Shown here: positions 1-9,364 of the stretch, piece by piece
Position numbering within the stretch: the first letter of the stretch is position 1
How the letters are laid out: the number at the start of each line of letters is the position of its first letter
From: Oscillospiraceae bacterium
GTDB lineage: Bacteria > Bacillota > Clostridia > Oscillospirales > Ruminococcaceae
Reading direction: 5' to 3'
DNA length: 64,000 bases
NCBI GenBank assembly: GCA_025758045.1
Contig: CP107208.1
Span: forward strand, 753,298-817,297
The notes under the pieces: model-generated
The model's database searches: none
Seen by the model: the letters and a program-made list of their open reading frames with translations, nothing else
What the model was told of the DNA's origin: nothing
Translations under genes and position numbers: made by a program

Positions 1-341
1 TGGCCGCCAACGCGCTGGTTTCGTTTGCCTGTGCCATGCAGGTACAGGCCTTCCGCAAGGTGCACGGCTACCCGTTTGCCAGCACCATGTGCATCGGCAA
101 TATGCGCAGCGGCATGGAATCGCTGGTGGTGTACTTCCACCTGCACGACCGCAAGATCCTGTACAAGGCACTGCACTACTTCGGCGTGATTCTGCTGTTT
201 GCCGTCGGGGCCGGGCTGGGTGCCCAGGCCGTAGCGGTGTTCGGCAACCGGACCATCTGGTTCAGCTGCGCACTACTGCTGGTAAGTCTCTGCTTCATGT
301 TCATCCAGGATGAAAAAGAAGCCTTGAAAGAAAAAGCATAA
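1..341 (+). CDS. YoaK/DUF1275-like membrane protein, C-terminal part (5' end outside window)
   Basis: The frame is open from the window edge to the stop at 339-341. The tail is hydrophobic and TM-rich (GVILLFAVGAGLGAQAVAVFG, WFSCALLLVSLCFMF). A hairpin terminator follows. Confidence 0.5.
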   Translation, partial: AANALVSFACAMQVQAFRKVHGYPFASTMCIGNMRSGMESLVVYFHLHDRKILYKALHYFGVILLFAVGAGLGAQAVAVFGNRTIWFSCALLLVSLCFMFIQDEKEALKEKA

Positions 342-352
342 AATCTGCGCAT

Positions 353-396
353 AAAACGGCCCCCGCCGGGATAGATTCCTGGCGGGGGCCGTTTGC
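353..396. terminator. Bidirectional hairpin terminator between convergent genes
   Basis: 12-bp GC stem ACGGCCCCCGCC / GGCGGGGGCCGT, with an A-run on one side and a T-run on the other. Confidence 0.6.
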
Positions 397-414
397 TATA
401 CGGGCTTGTATGTA

Positions 415-963
415 CTACATCTTGTGGTCTGCGAAGATTGGATCATCCTGCCACAGCACCACATGACCGGCAGCGCGGGTGCGGTTCATATCAATGATGC
501 GCTGATTGCTGGAGCCGCGGAACCGCAGGCTGATGTCGTACTTGTCCTGCACGAAGTCGCCGTCCACGAGCACATCTATATATTGTAGGAACTCGTCGGT
601 CACCTCGCAGCGGCCGCAGCCGGGCCGCAAAATTTCCTGCTCAAAATGGTTGCCGGTATAGCACCATATTGTCTTGTTGGGGTACAGCGCCTTGACGTTT
701 TTGACGAAGGGCAGCAGTTCCCGCTGGTTTTCCGGCTCGAACGGCTCGCCGCCCAGCAGCGACAGGCCGTTGATGTAGCCCGGAGCCAGGCTTTCTAAAA
801 TTTTGTTGCGGACCTCTTTGGTAAAAGGCTCGCCATAGTTAAAATCCCACGCCACAGCGTTAAAGCAATTGGGGCAGTGGCGGCGGCAGCCCGAAACAAA
901 CAGGCTGGTGCGCACCCCCTCGCCGTTGGCGATGTCACAGTATTTGATGGTTGCATAGTTCAT
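415..963 (-). CDS. nrdG: Anaerobic ribonucleoside-triphosphate reductase activating protein (radical SAM)
   Basis: The N-terminus (IKYCDIANGEGVRTSLFVSGCRRHCPNCFN) carries the NrdG-type Cys cluster. The gene is divergent from nrdD. Confidence 0.9.
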   Translation of the reverse strand: MNYATIKYCDIANGEGVRTSLFVSGCRRHCPNCFNAVAWDFNYGEPFTKEVRNKILESLAPGYINGLSLLGGEPFEPENQRELLPFVKNVKALYPNKTIWCYTGNHFEQEILRPGCGRCEVTDEFLQYIDVLVDGDFVQDKYDISLRFRGSSNQRIIDMNRTRAAGHVVLWQDDPIFADHKM

Positions 964-1227
964 GGGGCAAGGCTCTCCTTATAAACGGCACATGCAGTAT
1001 CGTCTCAACATCTTGTGTTTTTGTGCCAGGGTGATTCAATATCTGCTAACAGTATACCAGCTTATGCCGCCCACTGCAAGCCCCGCCCTGACGCAGAGCA
1101 CGCGATATTTCGCGCTGCATCGACTCAAATCCTGTCAATTGGCAACATCTCCCCAAAATAGCCAAAAAAACAAGCTTATTTTCTACGCGGTTGTAGCCGC
1201 GGCATTTTCATCGTTGGAACGTTCGAA

Positions 1228-1275
1228 ATGCAATATTTTGTCGTGTCGAAATTTAGTACCACTATATATAGTGGT
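1228..1275. promoter_or_regulatory. Candidate tandem NrdR boxes
   Basis: A perfect palindrome ACCACTATATATAGTGGT lies at 1258-1275. A weaker box, ATGCAATATTTTGTCG, lies at 1228-1243. Their centres are about 31 bp apart, and they sit just upstream of the nrdD -35. Confidence 0.5.
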
Positions 1276-1283
1276 TTTCTCCC

Positions 1284-1312
1284 TTGACTTTTTTCCCCCG
1301 CTGCGATAAGAT
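1284..1312 (+). promoter_or_regulatory. Putative nrdD promoter
   Basis: TTGACT (1284-1289), 17-nt spacer, TAAGAT (1307-1312). Confidence 0.4.
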
Positions 1313-1398
1313 AGATTTGCTCGCCAAACGGAGTTTGTACGTTTGGAACTTGTATACAGTTTGTATATTTCAGATAGATCAGTGTTAGGAGTGTCAGC

Positions 1399-3576
1399 AT
1401 GAAAATCATCAAACGCAACGGCAGTGAGGCCGTCTTCGACATTACAAAAATTATTGCAGCCATTACCAAGGCCAACCATGTCGTGCCGGAAAGCCAGCGT
1501 TTGACCAAAGAGCAGATCATCGAGATCAGCGACCATGTGCAGACCAGCTGCCTGTCCCGCGGCCACGCCATGAACGTGGAGGAGATCCAGGACCTGGTCG
1601 AGGACGAGATCATGCAGACCGGCGCCTTTGAGGTTGCCCGTAAATATATCACCTACCGCTATGTGCAGAGCCTGAAGCGCACCCACAACACGACGGACGA
1701 CAAGATCCTCTCCCTCATCGAGTGCAATAACGAGGAAGTCAAGCAGGAGAACTCCAACAAGAACCCCACCGTCAACAGCGTGCAGCGCGACTACATGGCC
1801 GGCGAAGTCAGCAAGGACTTGACCATGCGTATGCTGCTGCCCCCGGAGATCGTCAAGGCCCATGAGGAAGGCATCATCCACTTCCACGATGCCGACTACT
1901 ACGCCCAGCACATGCACAACTGCGACCTGGTCAATCTGGACGACATGCTGCAGAACGGCACCGTCATCAGCGGCACGCTGATTGAGAAGCCCCATTCCTT
2001 CTCCACCGCCTGCAACATTGCCACCCAGATCATCGCCCAGGTAGCGTCCAGCCAGTACGGCGGTCAGAGCATCAGCCTGACCCACCTGGCCCCCTTCGTG
2101 GACGTCAGCCGCAAGAAGATCCGCCGCGATGTCGAGGCCGAGATGCGCGATCTGGGTATCGATCCCGGCGAGGAGAAAATTTCTGAGATCGTGGAAAAGC
2201 GCCTGCGTGAGGAGATCAAGCGCGGCGTGCAGACCATCCAGTATCAGGTCGTCACCCTGATGACCACCAACGGCCAGGCTCCGTTCATCACCGTGTTCAT
2301 GTACCTGAACGAGGCCGGCGACAACCAGCGCCTGAAGTCCGACCTGGCCATCGTCATTGAGGAAATGCTGCGCCAGCGTTACCAGGGCGTCAAGAACGAG
2401 GCCGGCGTCTGGATCACCCCCGCCTTCCCCAAGCTGATCTACGTGCTGGAGGATGACAATATCTACGAGGGCCAGCCCTACTACTACCTGACCAAGCTGG
2501 CTGCCAAGTGCACCGCCAAGCGCATGGTACCTGACTACATCAGCGAAAAGAAGATGCTGGAGTACAAGGTGGACAGAAACGGCGAGGGCCATTGCTTCAC
2601 CTGCATGGGCTGCCGCAGCTTCCTGACCCCCTACGTGGACGAGAACGGCAAGCCCAAGTATTACGGCCGCTTCAACCAGGGCGTTGTCACCATCAACCTG
2701 GTGGATGTGGCCCTGTCCAGCGGCGGCGACTTTGATAAGTTCTGGAAGATCTTTGACGAGCGCCTGGAGCTGTGCCACAAGGCCCTGATGTGCCGCCACA
2801 ACCGCCTGAAGGGCACCCTGAGCGACGCCGCCCCCATCCTGTGGCAGTACGGCGCCCTGGCCCGCCTGAAGAAGGGCGAACCCATCGACAAGCTGCTGTA
2901 CGGCGGTTACTCCACCATCAGCCTGGGTTACGCAGGCCTGTATGAGTGCTGCAAATATATGACTGGCAAAAGCCACACCGACCCCGCCGCCAAGCCCTTT
3001 GCCCTGCACGTAATGCAGCACATGAACGATGCCTGCACCAAGTGGAAAGAGCAGCACAACATCGATTTCAGCCTGTACGGCACGCCGCTGGAGTCCACCA
3101 CCTACAAGTTTGCCAAGTGCCTGCAGAAGCGCTTCGGCCTGGTGCCCGGTATCACCGACCGCAACTATATCACCAACTCCTACCACGTCCATGTGACCGA
3201 GCCGATCGACGCTTTCACCAAGCTGAAGTTCGAGAGCGAGTTCCAGCGCCTGTCCCCGGGCGGTGCCATCAGCTACGTGGAAGTGCCCAACATGCAGGAT
3301 AACCTTGAGGCTGTCATCAAGGTGATGCAGTTCATCTACGAGAACATCATGTACGCCGAGCTGAACACCAAGAGCGACTACTGCCAGGTGTGCGGCTACG
3401 ACGGCGAGATCAGCATCGTGCAGGAGGACGGCAAGCTGGTTTGGGAGTGCCCCAAGTGCCACAACCGCGACCAGAACAAGCTGAACGTTGCCCGCCGCAC
3501 CTGCGGCTACATCGGCACCCAGTTCTGGAACCAGGGCCGCACCGCTGAGATCAAGGACCGCGTGCTGCATCTGTAA
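1399..3576 (+). CDS. nrdD: Anaerobic ribonucleoside-triphosphate reductase (class III)
   Basis: 725 aa with an N-terminal ATP-cone (MKIIKRNGSEAVFDITKI). The C-terminus has the Zn-ribbon CxxC..CPKC and the glycyl-radical motif RTCGYIG. Confidence 0.95.
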   Translation: MKIIKRNGSEAVFDITKIIAAITKANHVVPESQRLTKEQIIEISDHVQTSCLSRGHAMNVEEIQDLVEDEIMQTGAFEVARKYITYRYVQSLKRTHNTTDDKILSLIECNNEEVKQENSNKNPTVNSVQRDYMAGEVSKDLTMRMLLPPEIVKAHEEGIIHFHDADYYAQHMHNCDLVNLDDMLQNGTVISGTLIEKPHSFSTACNIATQIIAQVASSQYGGQSISLTHLAPFVDVSRKKIRRDVEAEMRDLGIDPGEEKISEIVEKRLREEIKRGVQTIQYQVVTLMTTNGQAPFITVFMYLNEAGDNQRLKSDLAIVIEEMLRQRYQGVKNEAGVWITPAFPKLIYVLEDDNIYEGQPYYYLTKLAAKCTAKRMVPDYISEKKMLEYKVDRNGEGHCFTCMGCRSFLTPYVDENGKPKYYGRFNQGVVTINLVDVALSSGGDFDKFWKIFDERLELCHKALMCRHNRLKGTLSDAAPILWQYGALARLKKGEPIDKLLYGGYSTISLGYAGLYECCKYMTGKSHTDPAAKPFALHVMQHMNDACTKWKEQHNIDFSLYGTPLESTTYKFAKCLQKRFGLVPGITDRNYITNSYHVHVTEPIDAFTKLKFESEFQRLSPGGAISYVEVPNMQDNLEAVIKVMQFIYENIMYAELNTKSDYCQVCGYDGEISIVQEDGKLVWECPKCHNRDQNKLNVARRTCGYIGTQFWNQGRTAEIKDRVLHL

Positions 3577-3619
3577 TTTTCAAATTTATAAGCAAAACAT
3601 AGGAAGGAGATTACAACAA

Positions 3620-3796
3620 ATGAAAAACGGTGATGACCTTTATAACGCAGATCAAGCTGTACGCAATTTTTGCGACAGCCATCCTGGTGACTTGAGTGAA
3701 GCTGAACATGAAGAACTCCGTACTCTTCTTCAGGAGCGCGCAAGTGCCATGTCCGATGTTTTGGGTACTACAATTCATTCTGTTGGCGAAGATTAA
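3620..3796 (+). CDS. Small hypothetical protein (58 aa)
   Basis: ATG at 3620 is preceded by the strong RBS AGGAAGGAGA (3601-3610). The gene is visibly lower in GC than its flanks. I recognise no family for it. Confidence 0.4.
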   Translation: MKNGDDLYNADQAVRNFCDSHPGDLSEAEHEELRTLLQERASAMSDVLGTTIHSVGED

Positions 3797-3846
3797 CTAG
3801 CATTCCCTGCATTATTGCATATTCTACTTTTTGAGTTCAAAAGAAG

Positions 3847-3887
3847 GAGCCGTTGTGTCATCTAACGCATGACACAACGGCTCTTTT
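3847..3887. terminator. Bidirectional intrinsic terminator
   Basis: Perfect 15-bp stem GAGCCGTTGTGTCAT / ATGACACAACGGCTC followed by TTTT. Confidence 0.7.
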
Positions 3888-3894
3888 GCAATAT

Positions 3895-5223
3895 TCACAA
3901 TTTTAGTTTCTTGCAGGTGTAGAAATAGTACGGGATCTCGAAGCAGAGCATGACGCACCAACCGAAGGCACAGGCATAGGCGATACCGGGCAGGCCGATG
4001 CGGGGGGCCAGCAGAGCAGCTCCGAGGGCGCGCAGGCCGGCCTGCAGGCAGGTGCCGATGAGGGTAGTGGTCATCTTGCCCATACCGCGGTAGAAGCCCT
4101 GGAAGCCATTGGTCAGCGCAGGCAGGGCGTAGAACAGCGCCATATAGCCTAGGTATTGGCTGCCCAGGGTCACGATCTCGGCGGCACCCTCCCCTGCCAC
4201 AAACAGGCTGACGACAGGCGCACGCAGCAGCCAGGTCAGGCTGCCCACCAGCAGCCAGTAGCACAACTCCAACCGGATGCCCACGCGGAAGCCGGGGCGG
4301 ATGCGCTCCTTTTGGTTGGCGCCGCGGTTCTGGGCAATGTAAGTGGTAATGGCGGTGGCAATACTTTGCTGCGGGGTAAAGGCGAAGTCATCCACACGGG
4401 TGACAGCGTTGAACGCGGCGATGGCCTGCACACCCAGCGCGTTGACCTGTCCCTGGATCAGCACCTTGCAGACAGGCTGTACCGCCTGCTGTAAGGCTGT
4501 GACAGCGCCATACTGCAAAATGCGCCCCAGCAGCGCCGGGCGGATGCGCCACTGGCTGTGCGCCGGGCAAAGCTGCGGCACATGGCGCATCATGTACCAA
4601 GCGGCCATGATGGCGCTGGCGGCCTCGGCCACCACGGTGGTGACGGCGCTGCAAACGATACCAAACCCCAGTCCGCCGATAAGCACGATGTCCAGCACGG
4701 CGTTGAGCACGGCGGAAAACGCCAGAAATTTGAGCGGCGTTTTGGAGTCACCCACACTTTTCAGGCCCGCCGCCAGCGCGTTATAGAAAAACGTAAACGG
4801 CGCGCCCAAAAACGTGATGCGCAGATAAATGCCGGTACTATGCAAAATTTCATCGGGCACCGCCAGGCTGTGCAAAATCAGCGGCGCGGCGGCCATGCCC
4901 AGCAGTGCCACGGCACAGCAGAGCACTGCGCCGAACAGCAGGGTCGTAGCCAACGTTTCCTTTAGGCGTTCCTCATTTTTCGCGCCGAAGGCCTCGCTCA
5001 TCAGCACACCGGCGCCGATGCATAGCCCGCTGACGGCCAGGATGACCAGGTTCATCACCGGGCCGGCAATGCCCTCGGCCGCCAGGGCGTCCTGCCCGAT
5101 GAAGCGGCCCGCGATGATGGAATCCACCGCATTATAGGCCAGCTGCAGCCAGTTGCCCAGCAGCAGCGGCACCGCATAAAAGAACAGGTGCCCCAGCGGG
5201 GCACCCTTTGTCATATCACGCAT
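3895..5223 (-). CDS. MATE family efflux transporter
   Basis: Polytopic membrane protein whose N-terminus (LFFYAVPLLLGNWLQLAYNAVDSIIAGRF) is typical of MATE transporters. I trimmed the start to the ATG at 5221-5223, directly after the upstream gene's stop. Confidence 0.85.
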   Translation of the reverse strand: MRDMTKGAPLGHLFFYAVPLLLGNWLQLAYNAVDSIIAGRFIGQDALAAEGIAGPVMNLVILAVSGLCIGAGVLMSEAFGAKNEERLKETLATTLLFGAVLCCAVALLGMAAAPLILHSLAVPDEILHSTGIYLRITFLGAPFTFFYNALAAGLKSVGDSKTPLKFLAFSAVLNAVLDIVLIGGLGFGIVCSAVTTVVAEAASAIMAAWYMMRHVPQLCPAHSQWRIRPALLGRILQYGAVTALQQAVQPVCKVLIQGQVNALGVQAIAAFNAVTRVDDFAFTPQQSIATAITTYIAQNRGANQKERIRPGFRVGIRLELCYWLLVGSLTWLLRAPVVSLFVAGEGAAEIVTLGSQYLGYMALFYALPALTNGFQGFYRGMGKMTTTLIGTCLQAGLRALGAALLAPRIGLPGIAYACAFGWCVMLCFEIPYYFYTCKKLKL

Positions 5224-5228
5224 AGGCG

Positions 5229-6170
5229 TTATTGATCTTCCTCGGTCTCGGCCACAATATAGATGGGGCGGTGCTTGACTTCCAGGTAAGTCTTGGCCAG
5301 GTACTCGCCCACGATGCCGGTGCAGAACAGCTGTACACCGCTGCACAGCAGGATGATGCAGACCATGCTGGGCCAGCCGGAGGTTGGGTCACCAAACATC
5401 AGCGCACGGACAATTACAAAAATAATGCCGATGAACGCCAGGATGCAGAACAGCACGCCCACTCCGGCGGCGATGAGCAGCGGCGTGGTGGAGAAGCCGA
5501 CGATGCCCTCGATGGAGTATTTAAAGAGTCCCCAGAAGTTCCACTTGGTGGTGCCGGCCACGCGCTCGATGTTCTCGTAATCGAACCACTTGGTTTTGAA
5601 GCCGACCCAGCTGAAAATACCCTTGCTGAAGCGGTTATACTCGGCCATGCTGAGTACGGCGTCGGTCATTTTGCGGCTCATCAGGCGGAAATCACGCGCG
5701 CCGTCGACAATTTCCGTGTCCGACATCTTGTTGATGATCTGGTAGAACTTGCGGGCGAACCAGCTGCGCAGCGGCGGCTCGCCCTTGCGGGTGGTGCGGC
5801 GGGTGGCGGCACAATCGTAGTCGCCGGTCAGCAGCGTATCCAGCATCTGGGGCAGCAGCGCAGGCGGGTCCTGCAAATCGGCATCCATAGTGGCAATGTA
5901 GTCACCCTTAGCGGCTTTCAGGCCCGCGTAGATGCCAGCCTCCTTGCCAAAATTGCGGCTGAACGAAACGTACCGCACGCGGTCATCCTGGGCGTGCAGC
6001 TCGCGGGCTACGCGCAGGGTACCATCGCGGGAGCCGTCATCCACAAAGATGAACTCGAAATCCGCGCCGTGGCTGGTTTTCATCTCGGCCGCCACACGGC
6101 TGGCCTCTTTATAAAACAGAGGCATCGCCTCTTCCTCATTATAACAAGGTACGATCAGACTGATGAGCAT
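5229..6170 (-). CDS. Family-2 glycosyltransferase, polyprenyl-phosphate sugar transferase type (GtrB/CsbB/ArnC-like)
   Basis: Motifs LIVPCYNEEE, FVDDGSRDGT and DADLQDPP, plus two C-terminal TM helices. Confidence 0.85.
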   Translation of the reverse strand: MLISLIVPCYNEEEAMPLFYKEASRVAAEMKTSHGADFEFIFVDDGSRDGTLRVARELHAQDDRVRYVSFSRNFGKEAGIYAGLKAAKGDYIATMDADLQDPPALLPQMLDTLLTGDYDCAATRRTTRKGEPPLRSWFARKFYQIINKMSDTEIVDGARDFRLMSRKMTDAVLSMAEYNRFSKGIFSWVGFKTKWFDYENIERVAGTTKWNFWGLFKYSIEGIVGFSTTPLLIAAGVGVLFCILAFIGIIFVIVRALMFGDPTSGWPSMVCIILLCSGVQLFCTGIVGEYLAKTYLEVKHRPIYIVAETEEDQ

Positions 6171-6250
6171 GGTTTGTGACCTGCTTTCGTGACAAATTTG
6201 TATCTTTTATTATATCGTACTTTTCTCCTTTTGTAAACAATGGAAATATA

Positions 6251-6290
6251 GGTCGATACCCCACGGGCCGATGCAAGCAGCGGCCCCTAC
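6251..6290. repeat. REP-like GC palindrome ending in CCCCTAC
   Basis: GGGCCGATGC AA GCAGCGGCCC hairpin followed by CTAC. It is related to the units at 47100-47152, 54949-54978 and 58947-59000. Confidence 0.45.
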
Positions 6291-6300
6291 AAAGCATAAC

Positions 6301-6330
6301 AAAAAGGCAGGACCATTGCGTCCTGCCTTT
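6301..6330. terminator. Intrinsic terminator downstream of leuS
   Basis: AGGCAGGAC / GTCCTGCCT stem flanked by an A-run and a T-run. Confidence 0.7.
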
Positions 6331-6331
6331 G

Positions 6332-6370
6332 ATTAAAGTTTCTTTGGTTCTTTCTTTTCAAAGAAAGAAC
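6332..6370 (-). repeat. Post-stop hairpin module, copy 1 (after leuS)
   Basis: Stem GTTCTTTCT / AGAAAGAAC plus the tail CAAAGAAACTTTAAT, read on the minus strand. It starts 6 nt after the leuS stop. Confidence 0.5.
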
Positions 6371-6376
6371 AGAGTC

Positions 6377-8920
6377 TTAGCCTTTCACGGCGATGTTGAC
6401 CAGCTTGCCCTTAACGTAGATCTCCTTGGCGATGGTCTTGCCGGCGATGGCTTCGGACACAGCGGGCTCAGCCTTGGCCTGGGCAATGGCATCGGCACTC
6501 TCGATGGCGGCGGGCACGTGGATACGGGCCTTGACCTTGCCGTTGACCTGGACAGCGATCTCGATGGTCTGCTCAGTGCACTTGGCCTCATCGTAGGTGG
6601 GCCATGCGTGGTAGGCCAGCTGCTCGGTGTGGCCCAGCTGCTGCCACAGTTCCTCGGTCATGTGGGGGGCAAACGGGTTCAGCAGTTCCAACAAAACCTC
6701 GTACTCGTCCTTGGTGGCGCCGCCCTTGTCACTGAGGGCGTTGACGTAGATCATCAGCTGGGCGATGGCGGTGTTGGCCTTCAGGGCGTCGATGTCCTCG
6801 CCGACCTTCTTGATGGTGCGGTTGGCCACAGCCTCCAGCTCGGGGCGGATGCCGTCGCCGTCCGCCAACTTCTCGCTCATGGACCAGATCTTATCCAAGA
6901 AACGCTTGCAACCCTTAATGGAGGAGGTGTTCCAAGGGGCGGCTTTCTCGAAGTCTCCGATGAACATCTCGTACAGGCGCAGGGTGTCGGCACCGTACTC
7001 GTTCACCACGTCATCGGGGTTGACAACGTTGCCCAGGGACTTGGACATCTTGACGATGGGATGCTCAGCCATCTCGCCGTACTTCTCGACCAGGGCCTTG
7101 CGGGCGCCCTTCTCGTCGCCGTAATCGGCCAGCAGGCGCTTGCGCTCGGCATCGGGCTGGTTCTCGAAGGCATGGGGGTTCAGGCCCAGGATCATGCCGT
7201 GGGAGGTGCGCTTCTGGTAGGGCTCCTTAGTGGGCACTACGCCGATGTCGTACAGGAATTTATGCCAGAAACGGCTGTACAGCAGGTGCAGGGTGGTGTG
7301 CTCCATGCCGCCGTTGTACCAATCCACGGGGCTCCAGTACTCCAGGGCCTCCTTGCTGGCGATAGCATCGTGGTTGTGGGGATCGCAGTAACGCAGGAAA
7401 TACCAGCTGGAACCGGCCCACTGGGGCATAGTGTCGGTCTCGCGCTTGGCGGGGGCACCGCAGCAGGGGCAGGTGGTGTTGACCCACTCGGTGTGGCGGG
7501 CCAGCGGGCTTTCGCCGTTCTCGCCCGGCTCAAAGTCCTTGATCTCGGGCAAACGCAGGGGCAGCTCGCTCTCAGGCAGGGGCACCCAGCCGCACTTGTC
7601 GCAGTAGACCATGGGGATAGGCTCGCCCCAGTAACGCTGGCGGCTGAAGACCCAGTCACGCAGCTTGAAGTTGACCTGCTTGTGGCCCTTGCCGTTCTCT
7701 TCCAGCCAGGCGTACATCTTGTTCTTGGCATCCTCGACAGACAGGCCGTCCAGGAAGCCGGAGTTGACCAGCGTGCCGGTAGCAACATCGGTGAAAGCTT
7801 CCTTGTCCAGGTCGCTCTCGGTGGTGCCCTTAACGACCTCGATGATGGGCATGCCGAACTTCTTGGCAAACTCCCAGTCGCGGGTATCGTGGGCCGGGAC
7901 AGCCATGATGGCGCCGGTGCCGTAGGTAGCCAGAACGTAGTCAGACACGAAGATAGGCACCTGCTTGCCGCTGACGGGGTTGATGGCCTGCACGCCCTCG
8001 ATGACAACACCGGTCTTTTCCTTGTTCAGCTCGGTGCGCTCGAAGTCAGACTTGCGGGCAGCTTCCTCCTGATAAGCGGAGACAGCGTCGGCATTCTTGA
8101 TGAGGCCGGCGTCGGTCCACTTTTTGATGAAGGCATGCTCGGGGCTGATGACCATGTAGGTGCAGCCGAAGAGCGTATCGGCGCGGGTGGTGTAGACGGT
8201 CAGGGTGTCGCCGGCGGTGGTGTCGAAGTTGATCTCGGCACCATGGCTGCGGCCGATCCAGTTACGCTGCTGGGTCTTGACGCGGTCGATGTAGTCCACA
8301 TCGTCCAGGTCGTCGATCAAGCGGTCCGCGTAAGCGGTGATCTTGAGCATCCACTGGCTCTTGTTTTTCTGCACAACAGGGCTGCCGCAGCGCTCGCAAA
8401 CGCCGTTGACGACTTCCTCGTTGGCCAGCACGACCTTGCAGCCGGTGCAGTAGTTGACGGTGGTCTCTTTCTTATAAGCCAGGCCCTTTTTGAAGAGCTG
8501 GATAAAGATCCACTGGGTCCACTTGTAGTACTCGGGGTCAGTGGTGTTGATCTCACGATCCCAATCGAAGGACAGGCCCAAGGCTTTCAGCTGGCTCTTG
8601 AAGCGGGCCACGTTCTGGGCGGTGACGATTTCGGGGTTGATGTGGTTCTTCAGGGCGTAGTTCTCGGTGGGCAGGCCGAAAGCGTCCCAGCCCATGGGGT
8701 ACAGGACGTTGTAGCCGCACTGGCGCTTTTTGCGGGCTACGATGTCCAGTGCAGTGTAGCTGCGCGGATGGCCGACGTGCAGGCCAGCGGCCGAGGGATA
8801 CGGGAACTCGACCAGGGCGTAGAATTTGGGCTTGGAATGGTCGATGTCAGCGTGGAAGGTATCTTCATCCTCCCAGACCTTCTGCCATTTGGCCTCAACG
8901 GTTTTGAAATCGTACTTCAT
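6377..8920 (-). CDS. leuS: Leucine--tRNA ligase
   Basis: 847 aa. HIGH-type motif ([16 protein letters not shown]) and KMSKS (VKMSKSLGN). Confidence 0.95.
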   Translation of the reverse strand: MKYDFKTVEAKWQKVWEDEDTFHADIDHSKPKFYALVEFPYPSAAGLHVGHPRSYTALDIVARKKRQCGYNVLYPMGWDAFGLPTENYALKNHINPEIVTAQNVARFKSQLKALGLSFDWDREINTTDPEYYKWTQWIFIQLFKKGLAYKKETTVNYCTGCKVVLANEEVVNGVCERCGSPVVQKNKSQWMLKITAYADRLIDDLDDVDYIDRVKTQQRNWIGRSHGAEINFDTTAGDTLTVYTTRADTLFGCTYMVISPEHAFIKKWTDAGLIKNADAVSAYQEEAARKSDFERTELNKEKTGVVIEGVQAINPVSGKQVPIFVSDYVLATYGTGAIMAVPAHDTRDWEFAKKFGMPIIEVVKGTTESDLDKEAFTDVATGTLVNSGFLDGLSVEDAKNKMYAWLEENGKGHKQVNFKLRDWVFSRQRYWGEPIPMVYCDKCGWVPLPESELPLRLPEIKDFEPGENGESPLARHTEWVNTTCPCCGAPAKRETDTMPQWAGSSWYFLRYCDPHNHDAIASKEALEYWSPVDWYNGGMEHTTLHLLYSRFWHKFLYDIGVVPTKEPYQKRTSHGMILGLNPHAFENQPDAERKRLLADYGDEKGARKALVEKYGEMAEHPIVKMSKSLGNVVNPDDVVNEYGADTLRLYEMFIGDFEKAAPWNTSSIKGCKRFLDKIWSMSEKLADGDGIRPELEAVANRTIKKVGEDIDALKANTAIAQLMIYVNALSDKGGATKDEYEVLLELLNPFAPHMTEELWQQLGHTEQLAYHAWPTYDEAKCTEQTIEIAVQVNGKVKARIHVPAAIESADAIAQAKAEPAVSEAIAGKTIAKEIYVKGKLVNIAVKG

Positions 8921-8971
8921 ACTCTATCTTTTCTCCCCACGTTGATAATTTAAATGGGTTTTTCTGTAAGG

Positions 8972-9349
8972 TTATTCGGCCGGGGTCTCGGCTTCTTCCG
9001 GCATCCACTCGCTGGCGGGCACGGGCTTGGCATCGGCCCACAGGTGCTCCAGGTCGTAGTAGTCATGGGCTTCCTGGGTAAAGACGTGAACGATGACGCT
9101 GCCGTAATCCAGCAGCACCCAGCGCTTGCCGTCGTGGCCCTCGGTGCGCAGCACCTGGACGCCCTCGCGGCCCAGCTGGAACTCGGCCTCATCGGCCAGG
9201 GCACCTACATGGGTGGTGGAGTTACCGGTGGCGATGACGAAATACTCGGTAACGGTGGTCAGGTCCTCAACCTCCAGGATATGGATGTTGAAAGCCTTTT
9301 TGGCGTCCAGCGCACGGGCCAGACGGATGGCAAGTTCTCTGCTTTCCAT
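8972..9349 (-). CDS. rsfS: Ribosome silencing factor RsfS (iojap family)
   Basis: 125 aa. The motif TEYFVIATGNSTTHVGALADE is typical of RsfS. It sits in the conserved nadD-yqeK-rsfS neighbourhood. Confidence 0.9.
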   Translation of the reverse strand: MESRELAIRLARALDAKKAFNIHILEVEDLTTVTEYFVIATGNSTTHVGALADEAEFQLGREGVQVLRTEGHDGKRWVLLDYGSVIVHVFTQEAHDYYDLEHLWADAKPVPASEWMPEEAETPAE

Positions 9350-9364
9350 AGGTTCTCCTTTTAT

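Noticed and set aside
1183-3570. A very long antisense ORF (795 aa) opposite nrdD. Similar giant ORFs lie opposite leuS (6176-8953), rsfS/LCP (8954-11728), trmFO/topA (19885-23289), smc, argS, ilvD, ilvB and others.
   Set aside because: These are shadow ORFs, typical of high-GC coding DNA. Their translations are low-complexity (A/G/V/L/D/Q-rich) with no recognisable domains. The opposite strand in each case encodes an unmistakable conserved protein.
5224-5346. Longer N-terminal extensions offered by the ORF track for several genes: MATE (to 5346), yqeK (12043), murI (30669), the CydC-like gene (33959), the ABC permease (41916), folT (46893), ilvB (57419) and others.
   Set aside because: The extensions overlap the upstream gene or leader RNA and lack an RBS. 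They encode Arg/Pro/Ala-rich sequence that looks non-native. The internal ATGs have good RBSs and give canonical N-termini.
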